In this document: piece after piece, positions 16,910 through 26,154 of the stretch
Layout: each line of letters starts with the position of its first letter
Position numbering within the stretch: position 1 is the first letter of the stretch
Virus record (IMG/VR): IMGVR_UViG_3300014664_000015
Location: 11,996-75,995 of that record
Origin: a virus
Lineage: Duplodnaviria; Caudoviricetes
DNA: 64,000 nucleotides
Strand: one strand, 5' to 3'
Notes under the pieces: generated by a model
What the model was told of the DNA's origin: nothing
Databases searched by the model: none
The model's input: the letters and a program-made list of their open reading frames with translations, nothing else
Position numbers and translations under genes: made by a program

Positions 16910-17163
16910 TGTGCCGACTCCTCAAACAAAACATCACCATCAACTCCGCCGACCTGATAAAGCACTGACCCATCTTCACGGTATTCTATCGGCGCGGCGC
17001 TCCATTCCTCTCCGTCCAGTTCATCATCATCCCCGATCAGAACAAAACCTCCGGCAACAACACGGGCTGGGTACATTTCGCCCTCAGTCCACCAGCCTTC
17101 AGTGTCTTTGATGCATTTGAGAAATAACAAATTGCTCATTTTCCCTCCACCAACTCTTTCCAT
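16906..17163 (-). CDS. Hypothetical protein
   Basis: ORF coupled to neighbours. Confidence 0.65.
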   Translation of the reverse strand: MERVGGGKMSNLLFLKCIKDTEGWWTEGEMYPARVVAGGFVLIGDDDELDGEEWSAAPIEYREDGSVLYQVGGVDGDVLFEESAQ

Positions 17164-17342
17164 TTTTTTTCAAGAACCTGACGGGCAGCAGCCTCACCAC
17201 CAGGCGGGAAGGAAAATCCCGCACGGTGCCCTGTGCATCCGTTCGAGCAACGGATTTCTGCTGATCCCCAGTTAATTCCCCTGCTACGAATTTTTATAGA
17301 TGGCGCCATCCCGCATCGCGGACAGACAGGCAAATTACTCAT
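17136..17342 (-). CDS. Small Cys-rich protein (Lar-like zinc finger, tentative)
   Basis: CPRC...C..GC. Confidence 0.55.
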   Translation of the reverse strand: MSNLPVCPRCGMAPSIKIRSRGINWGSAEIRCSNGCTGHRAGFSFPPGGEAAARQVLEKKWKELVEGK

Positions 17343-18012
17343 GGCTCATACCTTCCAGAAGATGTTTGTGGCGACGCAACTCGCGAACGGCAGCCTGAAG
17401 TCGTTGAAGGTTCGACAGCTTCGCTTTTGTGCGGCGGATCTCGTTCGAGATATAACGGGACGACGGAATAATCAGGTCATCAGGACGACTAACGAACGCC
17501 GGGATGTCCCCAATAATTTCATCCAGGGATTTGTTGTCCGGCGCTGATGCTAACTTGACGTCGAGTGCAGCGGCATCCGGCTGCTCTGGTTTAATTTTCG
17601 ATTCACCCGCCAGGCTCCAGGTGATATTTTTCCCGTCCACATGGCGCATAACCAGACCGTCTTTGCACATTGCACCCAGCGATGCATTCAGGGCTCGCGG
17701 GCTTTTACCCAGCTTCTCAGCGACCTGAATGGAGCTCATGGCCCCCTGCCCCTGCATTGCTGACAGCACTCTCTCAACCAGCGGTGATAACTGCTTTGGT
17801 CTGATGCGCTTCGGCTTCTGCTCCTTTGCAGTACCGACCGACCATGATCCATCGTAGAAATCGCACAACCCTTCCTCCTTCTGTTCGCGCAGCATTTTCA
17901 GAGCCTCTACGGGTTCGATATCCAGGCGTGCTGCTACATCGAGATAGGTTGCTTTGCCCATTGCTTTCAATGCGTCGATTACTGATTCCATTATTTTCTC
18001 CTCAAAATTCAC
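17335..18012 (-). CDS. DUF1627-like protein with two wHTH-like segments
   Basis: MESVIDALKAMGKAT..., typical position after DnaC-like gene. Confidence 0.7.
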   Translation of the reverse strand: MNFEEKIMESVIDALKAMGKATYLDVAARLDIEPVEALKMLREQKEEGLCDFYDGSWSVGTAKEQKPKRIRPKQLSPLVERVLSAMQGQGAMSSIQVAEKLGKSPRALNASLGAMCKDGLVMRHVDGKNITWSLAGESKIKPEQPDAAALDVKLASAPDNKSLDEIIGDIPAFVSRPDDLIIPSSRYISNEIRRTKAKLSNLQRLQAAVRELRRHKHLLEGMSHE

Positions 18013-18749
18013 TTAACAGGTCTCAGGTGGCTAACGTTTCCGCGATAGCTCTCCCAGTCAAAATTCACCCAAATGCCGTTGTCCATGCGCAGGCGATCGA
18101 TAACCCTTGCGCCAAGAGTCTCTACCAGCGCGTCGTAATTCAGATTGGTCAGCACACCCACAGGCCGCATGGCCGCCAGACGGCGATCGATAATCTGGTT
18201 CAATAAAACTTTCTCGCCGCGGCTCTCTCGCTGAATACCAACTTCATCAAGCACCAATAAATCCACTTTGCAGAGGTCATCCAGCAGCGCGGCTTCGGAC
18301 TGTCCTTCGTCGTAGCAGGCCCGGGCGCGCAGGGTCAGATCGGGCACCGTCACGATCAGAACCGTTCGCCCCTGCTTCAGCAGATAATTGCCGATGGCCG
18401 CTGAAAGGTGGTTTTTGCCGGTGCCCGGTTTTCCGGCGAAGACAAAACTGGCAAAGCCCGAGCCAAAATTCTGCGCATAGCTCTTTGCCATACTCAGCGC
18501 ATGACGCTGTTCGTCGCTGTTCACGGTGTAATTCGCGAAGCTACAGCTGCGGTGCAGGTTCTGGATCCCGGATCGCCCGAAAATTTTCTCTGCACGCGCC
18601 TGCTGGTTGAGCTTGTCTACCTCCGCAGCGCGTTTTTGCCCTTCCTCACGCTGCCAGGCCATCAACTCTTCGGCGCTTTTAAATTTGGGTTCAATGCCAG
18701 CCGGAATAACACGGCGAAGGCGATCGAAAATAGAACCTGCGTTTTGCAT
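18009..18749 (-). CDS. DnaC/IstB-like helicase loader ATPase
   Basis: GKPGTGKNH Walker A, LLVLDEVG Walker B. Confidence 0.92.
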   Translation of the reverse strand: MQNAGSIFDRLRRVIPAGIEPKFKSAEELMAWQREEGQKRAAEVDKLNQQARAEKIFGRSGIQNLHRSCSFANYTVNSDEQRHALSMAKSYAQNFGSGFASFVFAGKPGTGKNHLSAAIGNYLLKQGRTVLIVTVPDLTLRARACYDEGQSEAALLDDLCKVDLLVLDEVGIQRESRGEKVLLNQIIDRRLAAMRPVGVLTNLNYDALVETLGARVIDRLRMDNGIWVNFDWESYRGNVSHLRPVK

Positions 18750-18751
18750 GC

Positions 18752-19669
18752 TTACCCCCTGAATCCTGGCGGAACGGTGTTATCGGGACGGGGGATCTGA
18801 TTGATATCCCGTCCACCAGCCTGGTAATGCCCTGTGCCCGGCGCCGACAGGCGGATAATCAGGTCATCCCATTTTTCGCGGAGTTTGGCCGGACATTTAA
18901 CCTGGCGAACCCAGAACGTATCGCTCTGAACGCGCTTGAACATTTCACAAATTTGCTTGTGGCTACGGCCATCAAGGGTGCGCATCAGACGCACGTCATT
19001 CGCCCAGACGGTCCAGTTCGGCTCTTTCGGGCGAACGATTTCGCCGTCAAAGGTTGCGGCCTCCTCGTAGAGTTTCAGCACGCGCTTCCAAATCCATTGC
19101 GCACAGGTCAAATCTTCCTGGCTCCCCCACTGACGTTTCGCAGGGCTGCAAACCACTGCTTCCGGGTGGCGCTTCAAAAACTCGGTTTTTGTCAATTTTC
19201 CGTCCGACGGCGAAGCGTCCGGACAAGAAAGATTTTCTGGTTCTTTGACTGGTTCAAAAGAGTGACTGATTCTGGGTGAATCTCCTTCACTACCCCCTGG
19301 TGAATGTGGTGCACCATCTGGTGAATCTCCTGCACTAGCCCCTGGTGAACTTGCTTCACTACCCTGGTGAATCTCATTCACTACCCTCGAACTGGCGTTT
19401 GCACCGGTCAGGGTTAATCGATAGAAATTGCTGCCATTGCCTTTCGGCCCCGATCTGGTCTCTTTTCGCATCAGTCCAGACTCGCAAAGCGCGGCAACAT
19501 GATTCATGACGGAACGACGGCTGATCTCACACTGATCAGCGATATGCTGATAGCTCGGCCAGCACTCGCCCTGGTCACTTGCGTTATCGGCCAGTTTAAG
19601 TAGGACCAGCTTGCGAAGCGGGTTGCCTACCTTGACCTTCATCGCTTGGACCATCAGCTCCATGCTCAT
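18752..19669 (-). CDS. Replication initiator (O-like, N-terminal wHTH)
   Basis: LADNASDQGECWPSYQHIADQCEISRRSV; internal iterons. Confidence 0.9.
   Translation of the reverse strand: MSMELMVQAMKVKVGNPLRKLVLLKLADNASDQGECWPSYQHIADQCEISRRSVMNHVAALCESGLMRKETRSGPKGNGSNFYRLTLTGANASSRVVNEIHQGSEASSPGASAGDSPDGAPHSPGGSEGDSPRISHSFEPVKEPENLSCPDASPSDGKLTKTEFLKRHPEAVVCSPAKRQWGSQEDLTCAQWIWKRVLKLYEEAATFDGEIVRPKEPNWTVWANDVRLMRTLDGRSHKQICEMFKRVQSDTFWVRQVKCPAKLREKWDDLIIRLSAPGTGHYQAGGRDINQIPRPDNTVPPGFRG
19274..19387. repeat. Replication origin iterons, prophage 1
   Basis: Repeated CTGGTGAA(TCTC)...CACTACCC units inside initiator gene. Confidence 0.75.
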
Positions 19670-19691
19670 AGAACACCTCGATACAACTGAA

Positions 19692-20147
19692 CTAAGCTGC
19701 GTTCGAACAAGTCGAAACCAGCTTCACTTTGACGCCTACCAGCTGCGCCAGCGCGTCGATCGCTTCCAGTGTCTCTCGCCGGATTACCGGTTTCGGTTTG
19801 CCCGTGAAGACCGCATTGGTGGCTTCGATGCACTCTTTGTTAACCCTGGCCGCCCGGTAATGCATGCAGTCTTTCTGTGCCAGTTCGTTATCAATGGCGG
19901 TACGGATTGCGTAGCTCAGGGCTTCCGCCTGTTTCAGGTAGTTAGGCGTATCGTTACGGAATGCACGCTGAATAATCTGCTTGTTGTTGTGCAGCCTGCG
20001 TGCGTACTCGTCCGGATCCGAAACGTCATCCAGTGACTGAAGCAGATCGCCAAAGTGATGCGGGGTTATCAGCTGCGTAACTGTCTTCCAGCCCTTTTCC
20101 TGCGCCCAGGACTCCAGCTCACATGCCAGTTTTTTGATTTCCATCAT
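19692..20147 (-). CDS. CII-like regulator (YdaT family)
   Basis: Position after cro; MEIKKLACELESWAQE pattern. Confidence 0.7.
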   Translation of the reverse strand: MMEIKKLACELESWAQEKGWKTVTQLITPHHFGDLLQSLDDVSDPDEYARRLHNNKQIIQRAFRNDTPNYLKQAEALSYAIRTAIDNELAQKDCMHYRAARVNKECIEATNAVFTGKPKPVIRRETLEAIDALAQLVGVKVKLVSTCSNAA

Positions 20148-20413
20148 TCAGACTCCCTCTGCGCACGTGGGATATCCTGAACAGGAATTCCGCTGGTAGG
20201 GGTTGGATGCAAATCCGGACGTAACTCATGCGGGGTGACAGTCCAGCCGCCAAATTCACAGAGCTTAATCACTCGCTCACTTGGAACTCGGTTTCGGATA
20301 ATCCAGTTTGCTACTGACTGTGAGGACTTAAAGTTGAATTTACGGGCGACGGCCGAAACAGAACCAATCGACCTCACAGCCTTCTCCGTAATGTTCTTGT
20401 ATGAAGTAGTCAT
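20144..20413 (-). CDS. Cro-like HTH protein
   Basis: SVSAVARKF...QSVANW HTH; LTPHELRPDL-like tail. Confidence 0.85.
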   Translation of the reverse strand: MTTSYKNITEKAVRSIGSVSAVARKFNFKSSQSVANWIIRNRVPSERVIKLCEFGGWTVTPHELRPDLHPTPTSGIPVQDIPRAQRESE

Positions 20414-20448
20414 CGTGTTCTCCTGAATGAGTCGATGACTGCAATATA

Positions 20449-20528
20449 CTACATAAAGTAGAAAATACAACTACGAAAAATAGAAATGACTATGAACGCG
20501 CCGTGTCTTACTCTTCTACCTATGGTAG
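20449..20528. promoter_or_regulatory. OR operator array (CTAC-N5-GTAG palindromes)
   Basis: CTACataaaGTAG 20449, CTACgaaaaATAG 20471, CTACctatgGTAG 20516 (overlaps cI start). Confidence 0.75.
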
Positions 20529-20977
20529 AAAAAGCGAATAAACATCAGGATTTCGCGAACCGGCTGACAGAAGAAATGCGCAAACAGCGCCGTTCTGTGA
20601 AGGATTTAAGTCAGGCTTGCGATGTCACATACGAAATGGCTCGTCGTTATACGCTGGGCACGGCTAAGCCACGCGATGAGAAACTGCAAAAGATAGCTGA
20701 CTGGCTAAATGTCCAAGCGGCATGGCTTGACTACGGGGAAGGTGAAAGTGCGCCTACTAAGCTTCCAGAAACTGAGTTTATGGGCTTCCCTGCGACAGAA
20801 TCCGACACTGGCAGCGATGGGGAATTCAGTGATTTAAGCGAAGACGAAAAGCGGCTGGTCCGAGTCTATCGGCAGTTCCCAAGTGCTGAAGCCAAGAACA
20901 TGCTACTGGCTTTCGAAATGCGGTATAAACAGCTATATGATTTCTTTCTGAAGTACGCCAACACCCCGCAGAAGTAA
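20522..20977 (+). CDS. Prophage 1 repressor, XRE HTH, no S24 peptidase domain
   Basis: HTH (SVKDLSQACDVTYEMARRY), divergent from cro, no GDSM/Lys dyad. Confidence 0.85.
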   Translation: MVEKANKHQDFANRLTEEMRKQRRSVKDLSQACDVTYEMARRYTLGTAKPRDEKLQKIADWLNVQAAWLDYGEGESAPTKLPETEFMGFPATESDTGSDGEFSDLSEDEKRLVRVYRQFPSAEAKNMLLAFEMRYKQLYDFFLKYANTPQK

Positions 20978-21028
20978 AAAAATCCCTAAGAACCCGGCAC
21001 ATGCCGGGTTTTTTTACGCCTTCACTCA

Positions 21029-21099
21029 CCACACAAAGTAGCAAACACCTCTTGAATTTCTACTTTTAGTGTTGACATGTCTACTTTATGTTGTATCCT
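21029..21099 (+). promoter_or_regulatory. pL promoter with OL operators
   Basis: TTGACA-16-TATCCT (21072-21099) overlapped by CTAC-N5-GT(A/T)G-type sites at 21029, 21060, 21081. Confidence 0.7.
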
Positions 21100-21262
21100 C
21101 TACTCATCGAAGCACAACAGGTGCGACAGGTAAACGTTCCGCCTACCCGGCGATAAGGGTAAACAGAGCGAACAGGCAGGATGCCCACGAAGTAGCCGCC
21201 GGTGGCGTATGAATGACCGGATGATTCGCAGAAGATGGTTTGTTGTGATCTGGAGACAGGGG

Positions 21263-21433
21263 ATGAAATATTACATAGCAACAATAAACGAAGGTTCTGA
21301 GGTGGTGATTATCCATGCTCGGAATCAGTTCGTTGCCAAAGCCCTGATTAATAATGATGCAGAAACGATAAAGTTAATTAGTGCATTGGAAGCAAAGAAG
21401 CTGATTAAGCGTGGTTTCAGGTTAGTCAGCTAA
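21263..21433 (+). CDS. Small hypothetical protein
   Basis: MKYYIATINEG..., GGAG SD. Confidence 0.55.
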   Translation: MKYYIATINEGSEVVIIHARNQFVAKALINNDAETIKLISALEAKKLIKRGFRLVS

Positions 21434-21589
21434 CTTTTGGTTCAGGAGAAACTGATCCGCCCACAACATGGAAGCGCATTCCACCCTTTCACTAATGGGG
21501 ATTGGTTTGTTAGCTGGCGGAGTGTGCTTCCAGTTGTGGGCAATCGAAAATTGTAGATGGCTGTTAAAAACCTTCATAGGGGATACATT

Positions 21590-21706
21590 ATGACAGACTT
21601 TAATCGTCAACCATCACGGCAACAGGCAGTCCGCCTTAACTGGTTTGAAATAAAACTTCGACAACTTTGTTATTTGCTGGCTCAGAAAGGCAACCCTGAA
21701 CTCTGA
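21590..21706 (+). CDS. 38-aa early-left peptide
   Basis: MTDFNRQPSRQQAVRLNWFEIKLRQLCYLLAQKGNPEL; GGGGA SD. Confidence 0.6.
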   Translation: MTDFNRQPSRQQAVRLNWFEIKLRQLCYLLAQKGNPEL

Positions 21707-21819
21707 ATTTTTACGCGTCAAAACTGACGCCGTAATCCGACAAATATTTAATTGCAAACAGTTAGAAATCGATGCCTTAAACGGCAGGGATTTCCACACC
21801 TTAAATTAAGGATCATGAA

Positions 21820-22092
21820 ATGAAACAAACTATTACTACCGTAGAATTGAGACTGGCAATCGTAAATAAAGACCTTGCCACATTTAATGTTAACGGTGCT
21901 ATTTCAGGCGTGGTTCATTTGCCTACCTCTGGCCCTGTAACCGTTGTGCTTGACGGTGGGTACGTGCTCGGAGAGTTTCATTGTCCAGCTTGTGCCGTAA
22001 AGGATATTAGCTTGCTGTCTGCGAGTTTTGCAGAAGCACAGAACGCCTGCGGCATGTCTTATTACGACCATAAGCGCCAACAACTTAATTGA
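21820..22092 (+). CDS. Early-left hypothetical protein
   Basis: 90 aa with CxxC; AAGGA SD. Confidence 0.7.
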   Translation: MKQTITTVELRLAIVNKDLATFNVNGAISGVVHLPTSGPVTVVLDGGYVLGEFHCPACAVKDISLLSASFAEAQNACGMSYYDHKRQQLN

Positions 22093-22093
22093 T

Positions 22094-22303
22094 ATGGATG
22101 ACATCATTTGTCATTGCGCTGTTTGCTGTCACGAATATAAAAAATCGGAAATGCACGAAAGGAAAACAGATATATATCCCTTTAAGCGCACGATTTATTT
22201 ATGTGAGCAATGCAATGAAAAAAGAGAAAAACGTGACGTTTTAAGAAAGGTAAAACGCGGCATCCGTAAGCCATTTCATTCAACATCATTTTTCAAATAT
22301 TAA
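22094..22303 (+). CDS. Small zinc-finger protein
   Basis: CAVC...CEQC. Confidence 0.65.
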   Translation: MDDIICHCAVCCHEYKKSEMHERKTDIYPFKRTIYLCEQCNEKREKRDVLRKVKRGIRKPFHSTSFFKY

Positions 22304-22314
22304 ACGAGGTTATT

Positions 22315-24219
22315 ATGTCTGTTGAGTTAAAAGTATTTGGTGGTGCTTACTTCCCAAAAGATAAAGCATTAAAAAAACACCCTAATTTAAAACCACTTGC
22401 CATCGCGGTAAACGCGTCCACAAAAGCCATCGCTGAAGCTGTTATTTTCGGTAAGCTGGCGGCTGAACATCCAGAACATATTGATGATTTCTTTAAGGTG
22501 AAAATCTGGGAGCACCACGAAGGTATTCCCTGCCCTGATCTTGATGTTTTCTCACCTGAGTTTTTCGACAGCGTGGCAGTATGGAATGTGAACGCTGGCG
22601 AACCAGCTGCGGCGCCACAGCCAGAAGCTGACGCAAACGAAGAATGGGAGGACAACAAGACTCAGGAAGAAATTAAAATCGTTGCGCGGCTCGACCAGAC
22701 ATCCCGGGCAGCTTGCCTGGCACTGTTCGGCCCGGTTCCTGGAATCACTGAGGCGCAGTACGGCCAGATTGTAGACCTGGTTAATGATGATGCTGGCAGC
22801 TTTACACGTGAACTGACAGAAGCACTGACGAAAGAACCCCGTGCTCTGTCGCTGGCGCCGGAACGCCAGGAGCAATTACTGGCCTGGGTACGCGAGAACA
22901 CAAAAGAATCATCACAATGGCCTGACATTAAAAAGCAGATCGCCAAGTGGCTCGACACGCCAGTAGATAAGCGCCCACAAGCTACCACCATCACCGAAGA
23001 AAGCCACACAGACTCGGGCGCCACTCTTGGAGGCGGCAATAAGACCGACCGTAGCCCTGATCTGGTTCATAACCTTTCCACTCTGCGTATCGAAGTAGCG
23101 GTTGCAATTCTGAGCATGTACGACGAGATCGACATTTACTGGATCCCTAACAGATTCATGATGGCCGCGAAAGGAATGGCAGAAGCAGCGCAGGATCCCC
23201 AGTTCACTGCATGGTGGGCACAACTGCGTGGCACGCCTGGCATTCTGGACTATTCCCGCGCGGCCATCATCGCGTTGATCAAATCTGCGCCTGAAGACCT
23301 CTGGCTAAACCCGATCAAATTACGTGAGTACATCAATCGCGAACTGGTTGAATCGAATCATGCGAAGCCAGATCAGAAAACCATAGATATTGCATGCAAA
23401 GCGAAACCCCGCGTTATCCCAGAGGAAAAGACAGATGATAAAACCCAACCCTCGATACAGAGCGAAACTCTGCCACCAGCAGTTTGCCCGGGAAAAGCTG
23501 CGCAGTTCGATAAAGAGCTTAAAGAGGCATTCACACAGAATGCAAAGCCAGCGCCGCAGGCCAATGAGCAGCCGCGCGTAGAGAACCTGGGCGATGGTAT
23601 ATTCTCAGTAGATACTTTGATCAACAACACCTCAAATGAAGTCGAAAAAGAGGAAGTACAACCAGCATTAAGTGGCCGCGAAACTGAAATTGCTCAGGCG
23701 ATTGATGATCTGATTTCCGGGCGTACCAATATCATGGGAAAAGAAGAAGCAGAAGGCGTAGTGAAGTGCACCGGCCATAGTGTTTCCGACGTAATACCAT
23801 TATTGATGACTGATATAGCGACAACTGAATATTGCCTCTCACCTGATTTCTCTGACGAAGAAATTCACGATGTGGCAACGACGCTGCTCGATAGTTGGTC
23901 TGACGATATTAGCGTGCGTCAGAAAATCGCGCTTGATGCGATCGTGGAATACCGTCGCCCTGAACAGCCAAAACCGGTAGTGCTCAATCCACCGGTTGTT
24001 ACTGCAAAACCTCAACAGACACCTGAACAGCAGCCTGAAGCAAACAGTCAGCAGACATCCCTCTCCTACCAGCAACAGCTAACGATTGCAGCTCTTCAGG
24101 GCCTGTGTGCTAACCCCGCTTACTGCAATCAGTACGATGATTTGCCGATCATGGCAACAGAGCTTGCGCGAAGTGTTGAAAGCATCATTCAGCAGGAAGG
24201 TTCAGGTGCTACTGATTAA
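22315..24219 (+). CDS. RecE (ExoVIII) N-terminal-like protein lacking the nuclease domain
   Basis: GATLGGGNKTDR and RVENLGDGIFSVD segments resemble RecE; no PD-(D/E)XK C-terminus recognised. Confidence 0.65.
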   Translation: MSVELKVFGGAYFPKDKALKKHPNLKPLAIAVNASTKAIAEAVIFGKLAAEHPEHIDDFFKVKIWEHHEGIPCPDLDVFSPEFFDSVAVWNVNAGEPAAAPQPEADANEEWEDNKTQEEIKIVARLDQTSRAACLALFGPVPGITEAQYGQIVDLVNDDAGSFTRELTEALTKEPRALSLAPERQEQLLAWVRENTKESSQWPDIKKQIAKWLDTPVDKRPQATTITEESHTDSGATLGGGNKTDRSPDLVHNLSTLRIEVAVAILSMYDEIDIYWIPNRFMMAAKGMAEAAQDPQFTAWWAQLRGTPGILDYSRAAIIALIKSAPEDLWLNPIKLREYINRELVESNHAKPDQKTIDIACKAKPRVIPEEKTDDKTQPSIQSETLPPAVCPGKAAQFDKELKEAFTQNAKPAPQANEQPRVENLGDGIFSVDTLINNTSNEVEKEEVQPALSGRETEIAQAIDDLISGRTNIMGKEEAEGVVKCTGHSVSDVIPLLMTDIATTEYCLSPDFSDEEIHDVATTLLDSWSDDISVRQKIALDAIVEYRRPEQPKPVVLNPPVVTAKPQQTPEQQPEANSQQTSLSYQQQLTIAALQGLCANPAYCNQYDDLPIMATELARSVESIIQQEGSGATD

Positions 24220-24448
24220 TCGCAGCGCGAACGACAGCATAGGCGGGCCAGCATGCGCCGCCGCACTCAAATCGCATTATGAGAAATTCGGAAATCATGG
24301 ACGTAGCCATACCCAAACGTTTTACACAGTAATGGTAGGCAAACAGAAAGTGATCGTAGAGGTAATTAACAGACGCCGTAGTTATGTTGCCACAGCGATG
24401 CTAGGAGCCCGGAACATAAAACGAATGGCTGATCTGGGTGATTTCTAA
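24206..24448 (+). CDS. DUF4060-like protein
   Basis: AALKSHYEKFG...YTVMVG...VEVINRRRSYVATAM. Confidence 0.65.
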   Translation: MLLINRSANDSIGGPACAAALKSHYEKFGNHGRSHTQTFYTVMVGKQKVIVEVINRRRSYVATAMLGARNIKRMADLGDF

Positions 24449-24507
24449 AATTCAACTCTCTCCAGCTGCAATGTCTATTATGCAGCTGGTCATCGTGAGT
24501 AGTGGTT

Positions 24508-24729
24508 ATGACTGATGACATTTTAACTAACGATGCAATTCGTAAGCTGACCGGGTACAAACAACCCAAGAAACAATGCGCATGGCTTGCCTCAGCCGGG
24601 ATCTGGTTTAAAGAAGATCGCAACGGTTATCCCAGAACCACCTGGAACCATGTGAACAATCCGATCGCATTGAGGATGGTACCTGACGTAAAAACTGAGT
24701 TAAATACTCCAAACTTTGATGCAATGTAA
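24508..24729 (+). CDS. Excisionase-like DUF4224 protein
   Basis: LTGYKQPKKQCAWL..GI; coupled to int; homolog of 62763-62990. Confidence 0.85.
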   Translation: MTDDILTNDAIRKLTGYKQPKKQCAWLASAGIWFKEDRNGYPRTTWNHVNNPIALRMVPDVKTELNTPNFDAM

Positions 24730-25742
24730 TGGCCGGTAAACGAAAAAATCCTTCTGATGCAATTCTCCCCCCGCGTGTCTACCGGGGGAAATCAAAATAC
24801 GAATTCCACCCGGCAACGGGTGGATCCATAAACTTGTGTCCTCTAGATTCACCAGTATCTTTAATTTGGGCCAAGTATGAGGCAGCGCTGAAAGTTATCG
24901 AAGAGAAAAAGAATCTGTCTGGACTAATCGATGATTTTTTTGCCAGCGCCGATTATCACAAATTAGGCAATGAAACCCGTAAAGATTATAAAAAATACTC
25001 ACGCAAACTGATCCCGGTGTTTGGGAAAATGGATCCAGATAGCGTTAAGCCCCAGCACATCAGGCAATACATGGATAAACGAGGCGTGGCCGCACCCGTG
25101 CAGGCGAACAGGGAAAAAGCGTTTCTAAGCAGGGTCTACGGATGGGCTTACGAAAGAGGCATGGTGAAAGGCAACCCATGTAAGGGAGTAAGGCAATTCA
25201 AAGAGGAAGAACGTGAAAGATACGTTACCGATGAAGAATACTATGCGCTTTATGAAGTATCGCCGACGGTCGTCAAAGTAGCCATGGAATTGGCTTATCT
25301 TTGCCTTGCACGTCAGGGGGATGTACTCGCTGTGCAAAAAAACCAACTATTACAAGAAGGGATTTTTATCCGCCAGGGTAAAACCGCAGCAAAGCAGATC
25401 AAAGCCTGGTCTGAACGTTTGTTAGCAGCTGTAGAGCTTGCAAAAACATTACCGCTTAAAAATGGAATTTCCAGCGTTTACTTGATACATCAGTTTAATG
25501 GTCGCCGCTACACACGTGACGGCTTTAATAGTCGCTGGCAACAAGCGAAAGAAGAAGCTCAAAAAAAACATCCTCACATGCTTTTTGATTTTACGTTCCA
25601 CGATCTAAAGGCAAAGGGTGTATCGGATCTGGAAGGAAGCCTACAGGAGAAACAGCAAATTTCCGGACACAAAACTATCACGCAAACGGCACGTTACGAT
25701 CGAAAAGTAAAAATTGTGCCAGTGGTAGGCGGGCAAAAATAA
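24729..25742 (+). CDS. Tyrosine integrase, prophage 1
   Basis: LARQGD (R), FHDLKAK (H-x-x-K), SGH...TARY (H,Y). Confidence 0.95.
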   Translation: MAGKRKNPSDAILPPRVYRGKSKYEFHPATGGSINLCPLDSPVSLIWAKYEAALKVIEEKKNLSGLIDDFFASADYHKLGNETRKDYKKYSRKLIPVFGKMDPDSVKPQHIRQYMDKRGVAAPVQANREKAFLSRVYGWAYERGMVKGNPCKGVRQFKEEERERYVTDEEYYALYEVSPTVVKVAMELAYLCLARQGDVLAVQKNQLLQEGIFIRQGKTAAKQIKAWSERLLAAVELAKTLPLKNGISSVYLIHQFNGRRYTRDGFNSRWQQAKEEAQKKHPHMLFDFTFHDLKAKGVSDLEGSLQEKQQISGHKTITQTARYDRKVKIVPVVGGQK

Positions 25743-25747
25743 GAAAT

Positions 25748-25770
25748 GATGTTAGGAAGGATGTTAGGAA
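25748..25770 (+). repeat. Tandem GATGTTAGGAA repeats (candidate integrase arm sites)
   Basis: Two 11-bp direct repeats between int stop and att core. Confidence 0.6.
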
Positions 25771-25785
25771 AGTGGATTTCAGGCA

Positions 25786-25811
25786 CAAAAAAACCACCTT
25801 TCGGTGGTTTC
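25786..25811 (-). terminator. tRNA-operon-type terminator downstream of tRNA-Leu 3' half
   Basis: AAACCACC-GAAA-GGTGGTTTTTTT. Confidence 0.85.
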
Positions 25812-25851
25812 ACGACACTGCTTATTGCTTTGATTATTCTGCATTTTCCCA

Positions 25852-25908
25852 TGGTAGCCGGAGTGGGACTTGAACCCACACAGCGCGAACGCCGAGGGAT
25901 TTTAAATC
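25852..25908 (-). pseudogene. leuZ: tRNA-Leu(UAA) 3' half; att junction between the two prophages
   Basis: GATTTAAAATCCCTCGGCGTTCGCGCTGTGTGGGTTCAAGTCCCACTCCGGCTACCA: anticodon loop, variable arm, T-arm and CCA, no 5' half. Confidence 0.9.
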
Positions 25909-25981
25909 ACGCGTGTTATCTAGTGTAATCAGATAGATACGTTTTATTTTCACCATTAATTCATAATTTTATGATCAAATG

Positions 25982-25994
25982 AATCAACTGCTTA
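25982..25994 (+). promoter_or_regulatory. IHF site in att arm
   Basis: AATCAACTGCTTA fits WATCAANNNNTTR. Confidence 0.55.
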
Positions 25995-26154
25995 CGGGTA
26001 ACAAAAAATCATAATGGCGAAACTTTTTTGGTCCGATCACTGACAAAGAAGTGTTGTGGAGCGGAGGTCAAAATTCTCTCGTGCCTATCAAAACCACACA
26101 AAAAAACCAGCCGCTTATGGCTGGTTATTCGTCAGTGAAGCATGGGGAAATCAT

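Larger units (their letters stand above)
1..25908. mobile_element. Prophage 1 (lambdoid; lambda-type terminase/portal, Clp-capsid fusion), left end outside window
   Basis: Contiguous head, lysis, Q, replication, immunity and xis/int modules ending at a tRNA-Leu 3' fragment. Confidence 0.95.

Noticed and set aside
25852-25908. Functional tRNA-Leu gene
   Set aside because: D-arm and 5' acceptor strand are absent.
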